Of a stretch of DNA of 64,000 bases, positions 57,070-64,000 are shown piece after piece (the stretch's first letter is position 1; every line of letters starts with the position of its first letter). Origin of the DNA: an uncultured Bacteroidota bacterium (GTDB taxonomy: Bacteria; Bacteroidota; Ignavibacteria; UBA10030; UBA6906); NCBI GenBank assembly GCA_963700635.1, contig CAVOYH010000001.1, forward strand, positions 128,001 through 192,000, written 5' to 3'. Below the pieces are notes generated by a model that saw only the letters and a program-made list of their open reading frames with translations, had not been told where the DNA came from and did no database searches. Position numbers and translations under genes: made by a program.

Positions 57070-57545
57070 TACGCTTTGTGTTCATCATGCTCGCCGCATT
57101 TGTGGCTATGGAGTTTTTTTCGTATCTGGTCCATCGTTTTGTCTACCACACGCTACTCTGGGTATTGCACAAAAGCCATCACACGCCCCGTAAGGGAGTC
57201 TTTGAATGGAATGATGTTTTCCCGATGGTATTCGCATCGATAAGCATCTATGTCATGTGGTATGCCGTAGGGGATTCCACTCGGGGAGACCTGTTGGCGC
57301 TCATTCTTGGTGTGACGATGTACGGGATGATCTACCTGGTGATCCACGATCTCTATGTCCACCGGCGCATGAAATCACTCACATTCCGCATCCACTATCT
57401 GCAACAGGTCAAGAAAGCGCATATGGTCCATCACCTGACCGGAGGCGAACCATATGGACTTCTGCTCTTCTGGGTTCCGCGTCACATCAGGGATGCGGCC
57501 CCCGATGAACCACAGGATGCGTCACCCGAAAGTACAAAAACCTGA
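57066..57545 (+). CDS. crtZ: Beta-carotene hydroxylase
   Basis: ME..SYLVHRFVYH, HKSHH, FEWND, HDLYVHRR, HMVHH. ATGA overlap with phrB. Confidence 0.9.
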   Translation: MIRFVFIMLAAFVAMEFFSYLVHRFVYHTLLWVLHKSHHTPRKGVFEWNDVFPMVFASISIYVMWYAVGDSTRGDLLALILGVTMYGMIYLVIHDLYVHRRMKSLTFRIHYLQQVKKAHMVHHLTGGEPYGLLLFWVPRHIRDAAPDEPQDASPESTKT

Positions 57546-57552
57546 GCCCTGC

Positions 57553-58101
57553 ATGATCCTGCACGTCGTACTCCTGGCGCTCTTTCCCCTGACATCCGGT
57601 TTCACGCTCGATGCAACAGCCCATCATAGCGTGGAGCTCCGCCACCCGATAGATTCTGTGCGTGCTCTGGTGCACAATCTAAAAACGCTGGAAGAATCGA
57701 TGCCGGGCGTCATAGAGATCAGGCCGGAAGGAGAGGGGCGGTTTCTCTATCGCACGAAGAGAGAGATACCGTTTTCAGCGCCTATGCAAATAGATTTCCG
57801 CATCGTGGGGGTGTTCGAACCGGATGGCAGTGTGACATGGCGGACGCCCGGCACGGATGATCATAACTGGATGTCCTTCCGTTTTGTCACCGTTCCGGTT
57901 GGCACGTCAACAACTCTGCTCTCCCTCCGTCTTCGGGTGCGGCTTGTGCGGGAGCAGGGAACGGAAATTCATGTTCTGGCTCCGCTTCTGGGTGAGAGAT
58001 TCCTCAGTGAACGAATGGAACAGGATCTGACAGCCATGCTCCACCTCTTCGGGGAACGTCTTTCGCGGCGCGAACCGTCCTTTCAAACTGTCCGGTACTA
58101 A
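57553..58101 (+). CDS. SRPBCC/CoxG-like protein with a signal-like N-terminus
   Basis: MILHVVLLALFP; helix-grip-like pattern (SVELRHPIDSVRALV...MPGV...C-terminal helix). Confidence 0.55.
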   Translation: MILHVVLLALFPLTSGFTLDATAHHSVELRHPIDSVRALVHNLKTLEESMPGVIEIRPEGEGRFLYRTKREIPFSAPMQIDFRIVGVFEPDGSVTWRTPGTDDHNWMSFRFVTVPVGTSTTLLSLRLRVRLVREQGTEIHVLAPLLGERFLSERMEQDLTAMLHLFGERLSRREPSFQTVRY

Positions 58102-58104
58102 GCC

Positions 58105-58413
58105 ATGCATGCCGAGTATTTTATCGTTCTTGGGGCAATTCTTCTGTTTCCGCTGGGGCTGAGCATCGTTATGCGCCTCAGGATCTACACGCACGGCCCT
58201 GCGTTGCTCAAAGTTATGGGAATTGTCTGCGCGGCATATTGGACATGGGATGTTGTTGTGACTGCGCGTGGACACTGGTCATTTAATCCAGACTATGTGA
58301 TGGGATGGACTCTTCTGGGTATGCCGGCCGAGGAATGGCTGTTCTTTGTTGTGCTTGTATTCGTATCGATCTTCACGTATGAAGCCGTGCGGAAGGTTCT
58401 TACAAAACAATGA
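58105..58413 (+). CDS. crtYc: Heterodimeric lycopene cyclase subunit
   Basis: Three TM segments; WD, W.FNP, MPAEEWLFF. Confidence 0.85.
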   Translation: MHAEYFIVLGAILLFPLGLSIVMRLRIYTHGPALLKVMGIVCAAYWTWDVVVTARGHWSFNPDYVMGWTLLGMPAEEWLFFVVLVFVSIFTYEAVRKVLTKQ

Positions 58414-58718
58414 AAGAATATACACTCTTTGCATTCCTTTCCGCCGCGTTCGGATTGATCCTGGATCGACTTCTCAGGACCCGGATTGCCGGGGGAAAGG
58501 AATTCTGGATAACGATGACGGTCATGATGGCCTTCAAAATTCCATCAAACGGGTATCTTACGGGCAGACCCATCGTGTTGTACAACCCGGACTTCTTTCT
58601 CGGCATCCGCCTGGGTTCAATTCCGGTTGAGGACTTCCTGTACGGATTCGGTTTGATCACGATAACCCTCGTTCTCTGGGAGTATTTTGTGCGAAAGGAA
58701 CACAAGCATGAAGTTTGA
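58410..58718 (+). CDS. crtYd: Heterodimeric lycopene cyclase subunit
   Basis: NGYLTG, IVLYN, LGIRLGSIPVEDFLY. Confidence 0.85.
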   Translation: MKEYTLFAFLSAAFGLILDRLLRTRIAGGKEFWITMTVMMAFKIPSNGYLTGRPIVLYNPDFFLGIRLGSIPVEDFLYGFGLITITLVLWEYFVRKEHKHEV

Positions 58719-59025
58719 TCATGTTGCCGTTCATGTCAAGGACATTGCCCGGTCTGTCGCGTGGTACAGGGAGACCGTTGGTGCCTCGGTACTGTACGAA
58801 GACGACACCTGGGCATTTCTTGAAGCGGGGGGAGTGAAGATTGCCCTGACGCTTCCGAGTCAGCATCCCCGCCACATCGCCTTCGATGTCGGCACAGCCC
58901 CCTCGGACGAATTCCTCAAAAAAGCGCGTCCGCATCGGGATGGAAGTGTGTCGTACTACATCGTGGATCCGGACGGCAACGCGGTGGAATGGATACAGTA
59001 TCCCCGGACACCGGAGGTCGCATGA
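58708..59025 (+). CDS. VOC/glyoxalase-family protein
   Basis: DHVAVHVKDI..SVAWY; HIAF; DPDGNAVE. Confidence 0.9.
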   Translation: MKFDHVAVHVKDIARSVAWYRETVGASVLYEDDTWAFLEAGGVKIALTLPSQHPRHIAFDVGTAPSDEFLKKARPHRDGSVSYYIVDPDGNAVEWIQYPRTPEVA

Positions 59026-59498
59026 AGGTGCACGTTCTCCGCAGACAGCAGGTGGTCGCCCAGCCTCTCGAGAGGGTCTTTCAGTTTTTCTCCCGCCCTG
59101 AAAATCTTGCCCGCCTGACTCCGGACGCTCTCCGGTTCCGGACCCTGACGCCTTCCCCCATTGTCATGAAACCGGGAACCATGATTGACTACACAATCCG
59201 TGTCCTTGGCATTCCTGTACGATGGAAGACATTAATTACTTCGTATGATCCACCCCGCGGATTTGTGGACGAACAGGTGCGGGGTCCCTATGCGTTCTGG
59301 TTTCATCGTCACACGTTTTTTGCCGTTGATGGGGGGACGGAGATCATTGACGAAGTGCACTACGCCCTCCCCGGCGGAGTGCTTGCTCCGGTAGCTCATA
59401 CGGTGTTTGTTCGACGGCAAATCGGAAAGATTTTTGACTACCGGGCGAAGGCCATCACCCGGTTTTTTGAGAACGGGACAGAACGGGCTGCCGGATGA
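59022..59498 (+). CDS. SRPBCC-family protein
   Basis: VFQFFSRPENL..LTP; FVDEQVRGPY..W.HRH.F; IFDYR. Confidence 0.88.
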   Translation: MKVHVLRRQQVVAQPLERVFQFFSRPENLARLTPDALRFRTLTPSPIVMKPGTMIDYTIRVLGIPVRWKTLITSYDPPRGFVDEQVRGPYAFWFHRHTFFAVDGGTEIIDEVHYALPGGVLAPVAHTVFVRRQIGKIFDYRAKAITRFFENGTERAAG

Positions 59499-60406
59499 AC
59501 ATCACTCTCGCTGGTGCAACCGGATTCATCGGAACAGCGCTCGTGCGCCGGCTTCGCGAGCGGGGAGATGCGGTCACCGTTCTGACGAGAAGGCCCGAAG
59601 CCGAGTTGCCGGCGGTATTTTCCGGAGTCCGCATGGTGCAGTGGGATGGGGAGCATCAGGGGGAATGGTGCGCGGCGTTGACAGGTTCCGACGCAGTGAT
59701 CAATTTATCCGGCGAGTCGATCGCCGGTCGCCGGTGGACTGCAGAGAGGAAAAAAAGGATAGTGGACAGCCGGATCGGTCCGACCAGAACCCTCGTCGAG
59801 GCACTCCGGAGGATGTCCGCCCCTCCCAAAGTACTCCTCAATGCCTCAGCAATCGGCTATTACGGGGGAGTCGGGGAAGGGCCCGTCTCAGAAGAGGCAA
59901 ATGCAGGAACCGGCTTTCTCGCCGAGACGTGTTCCCGGTGGGAATCAGAAGCCCTTGCTGCCGGACAATTCGGCGTCCGCGTGGTGCTTCCACGGATAGG
60001 TATTCTGCTGGGCCGGGGTGGGGGAGCGCTGCCAAAGATGCTTTTGCCGTTTCGACTTTTCATCGGCGGGCCTCTGGGATCGGGAAGGCAGTGGTTCCCG
60101 TGGGTTCATCTTGATGATGTTACCGGTGTTGTACTCTTTGCGCTGGATACGCCCGGGCTGTCCGGACCGGTAAATGTCGTCGCGCCCGAAGCTGTTACCA
60201 TGGGCGAATTCAGCCGCGCTCTGGGATCGGTCTTGCGGCGCCCGTCCTGGCTCCCCGTGCCGGAAGCTGTGTTGCGCATCATTCTTGGTGAAATGGCCGG
60301 GCTTGTCCTCGAAGGCAGACAGATTGTGCCGGCGGCGCTTCAAAAACTTGAATATTCCTTTGTCTATCCCCGACTCTCAAAGGCACTACAATCGTTGCTC
60401 CCGTGA
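59495..60406 (+). CDS. TIGR01777-family NAD-binding oxidoreductase/epimerase
   Basis: GATGFIG, NLSGESI, SAIGYYG, GSGRQWFPWVH. Confidence 0.92.
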   Translation: MNITLAGATGFIGTALVRRLRERGDAVTVLTRRPEAELPAVFSGVRMVQWDGEHQGEWCAALTGSDAVINLSGESIAGRRWTAERKKRIVDSRIGPTRTLVEALRRMSAPPKVLLNASAIGYYGGVGEGPVSEEANAGTGFLAETCSRWESEALAAGQFGVRVVLPRIGILLGRGGGALPKMLLPFRLFIGGPLGSGRQWFPWVHLDDVTGVVLFALDTPGLSGPVNVVAPEAVTMGEFSRALGSVLRRPSWLPVPEAVLRIILGEMAGLVLEGRQIVPAALQKLEYSFVYPRLSKALQSLLP

Positions 60407-60427
60407 GGGCGGCACCGGCCGGGCCTC

Positions 60428-60456
60428 TTCATTCTTTCCTGTTTTTTTTCTATATT
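60428..60456 (+). promoter_or_regulatory. Putative sigma70 promoter for the mutase genes
   Basis: TTCATT-17 bp-TATATT. Confidence 0.4.
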
Positions 60457-60581
60457 CTCTGTATCTATGAACAGCCGCGTCTGACATTTGTCATGTCCAA
60501 TGTCCAACCGGACGCCCCAGAGACCCCCGGTTTCCTTCGCCACTCGCACGAAATGGCTCTATTGTCTCCAGAGACTCCGAG

Positions 60582-62737
60582 ATGAATGCTGATACAAAAC
60601 CCCACGAGAGACTTTTAAGCGAATTTCCCCCTGCCACTCCCGGGGAGTGGCGCGATGCAGCGGAAAAGCTGCTCAAGGGTGCCCCATTCGAAAAAAGAAT
60701 GATTACGCCGACGCCTGAAGGAATTGACCTGCTTCCGATCTATGCGCCTCCGGCGGACCAATCGGGAGGACCGGTGGCCCGACCGGAAGAACCGGGCAGT
60801 TATCCCTTCCGCAGGGGGTCAGCGGCACCAGCCCCGAACCCTCCTCCATGGCTCATCGCGCAGGAACTTCCGTATCCAACCTATGAAGAGTTTAACAAAG
60901 CGCTCCGTGATGATCTGGAGCGCGGACAGACTGCCATCTTCCTCCCGCTGGATCTGGCTTCGCGGCTGGGAGTTGACCCCGACCAGGCTGATGCTTCGAC
61001 GATCGGCAGCCGGGGAGTTTCCATCGCGTCCGTTGCCGGTTATGGAAAGGCATTGACGGGGATCGACCTCTCGTCCTACCCGCTCTTCATTGAGGCGGGT
61101 TCTGCAGGTCCGCTCTTCCTTGCACTGGCGGCGGCGGATGCCAGAAAGAAGCATCCGGATCGTCCTGCACTCCGTGGTTGTATTGGCAGCGACCCCCTTG
61201 GCGTGCTCGCGAGTGAAGGAAGACTCCTGTCGTCACTTGAGGTGCTGTATGATGAAATGGCCGTGGCGGCGGAGTGGGCTGATAAGTACAGTCCGGAACT
61301 CCGCACCATCGTGGTCTCAACAAGCGCCTACCATGACGGGGGCGCCTCAGCGGTCGAGGAATTGGCATGTGCTGTCGGCACAGCCGCAGCGTATGTCCGG
61401 GAACTTGTGCTGCGCGGTGTATCACCCGACATTGCCGTGCACCAGATCTGGTTCTCGTTCAGTGTCGGATCCCAGTTCTTTATGGAGATTGCAAAACTCC
61501 GTGCCGCCCGGGTGCTCTGGGCGAATGTGGCATCGGCCTTCGGCGTTCATGGAAAGGGTGGAGCGATGGCGATGCATGTACGGACCTCGGCCACCGCCAT
61601 GACCCGCATAGATCCTTACGTGAACATGCTGCGCGTGACGACCGAAGCTCTTGCAGGCGCCATCGGCGGATGCAGCAGCATGCACGTCGGCTTCTTCGAT
61701 GAGGCCATCAGACGACCGGATGAATTCTCGCGCCGCATCGCACGGAATGTACAGGTACTGCTTCAGGCAGAATCCCACATCCACCGTGTCGTGGATCCCG
61801 CAGGGGGATCATGGTACGTGGAGGCGCTCACCGAGAGTATTGCAGAACGGGCCTGGAAACTCTTCCAGAAAATTGAAGAACAGGGGGGAATGGCTGCTGC
61901 TCTGCAGAATGGGTTTGTCCGGAACCTTATTGCAGAGAGTGCCCGCCGCCGTGCGGAGGCTCTTGCTCTGCGTAGATCCGTCATGGTGGGTGTTAACGCG
62001 TACGCAAACCCCCTGGAGGCATCCCTTGAAGAGGGCCCGGACGACCTTGACAGCGTGCGCAGTCGACGTGCAGAAACCCTGAAGAATCTCAGAACCAAGC
62101 CAGACCGCGCGGCGGAAAACGAAGTACTGGACAGGCTCTCACGCATTCTCGAAACAGGGCGGGATTCCATCATGAACGCGCTGATCGAAGCGGCAGGGAA
62201 GGGAGCAACCCTGGGCGAATTACGACGGGCTTGGCGCGCGCGACGGGAAACCGCCGAAATACGATGTGAGCCAGTCTCTCCATATCGTTGTGCAAAACCT
62301 TTTGAAGAAATTCGGGCCGCATCCAATGCCTCTGCCGCACTGAAAGGAAACCGCCCTTCGGTTTTTCTCGCAACCATGGGCCCACAGAGTCAGCACAAGG
62401 CGAGGGCGGATTTTGTTGCCGACTTTCTGGCCGCCGGAGGATTGACGACCGTGATGGGAACCGGTTATGCGTCGGCGGAGGAAGCTGTTGACGCAGCGAT
62501 AAATTCGGGGGCGCCCGGACTCGTGATATGTTCAACCGATGAGACCTATCCCGCGCTGGTGCCTGCGATGTGTGCCGCGATCAAAAAGCGTGCGCCTTCA
62601 ATGATGATCATGCTCGCGGGATATCCCGCAGATCACGTCGAGTCATTCCGGGGTGCAGGTGTGGAAGTTTTTATCCATATCCGGGCAAATGTTCTTGAAG
62701 TGCTCCGGCAGATGCTCACGCGAATGGGGGTGACGGG

Positions 62738-62741
<4 letters not shown>
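60582..62741 (+). CDS. mutA: Methylmalonyl-CoA mutase small subunit
   Basis: [48 protein letters not shown]; lacks DxHxxG. Confidence 0.9.

Positions 62742-64000
<1,259 letters not shown>

Noticed and set aside
60457-60581. Cobalamin riboswitch upstream of mutA
   Set aside because: The leader is short and no B12-box or other conserved elements were recognisable.

Overview
GC-rich bacterial chromosomal window. It is probably from an FCB-group lineage such as Ignavibacteria/Rhodothermia-like organisms; this is inferred from five NYPNPFNP-type T9SS C-terminal domains (CTDs) together with E. coli-like sigma70 promoters and Shine-Dalgarno sites. 1-30.3 kb is a surface-glycan island: six secreted modular proteins (FN3, ConA/DUF1349-like, beta-helix, CBM4/9-like) interleaved with three GT2, two GT4, a Wzx flippase, two tandem NDP-sugar C-methyltransferase-like enzymes, a polytopic membrane protein and a GH123/DUF4091-like lipoprotein. 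The best candidate for a new system is in this island. The only large secreted protein lacking a T9SS CTD ends in a dockerin-like duplicated Ca-loop, and the next gene encodes a cohesin-like protein that does carry the CTD, suggesting a mini-scaffoldin or piggyback secretion/anchoring pair. 30.4-51.2 kb is mixed housekeeping (fadL-like, PDZ-GAF-PP2C, panD, apaG, S9 peptidase, alr, trxA, lpoB-like, glgB). 51.2-60.4 kb is a light-response operon (crtI, CarH-like B12 photoreceptor, crtB, crtE, photolyase, crtZ, crtYc/Yd and accessory genes) with four 11-bp-phased operator repeats over its -10 box. It is followed by methylmalonyl-CoA mutase genes, truncated at the window end. No rRNA, tRNA, CRISPR array or transposase was recognised. 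All family calls come from reading motifs by eye; no database search was run.
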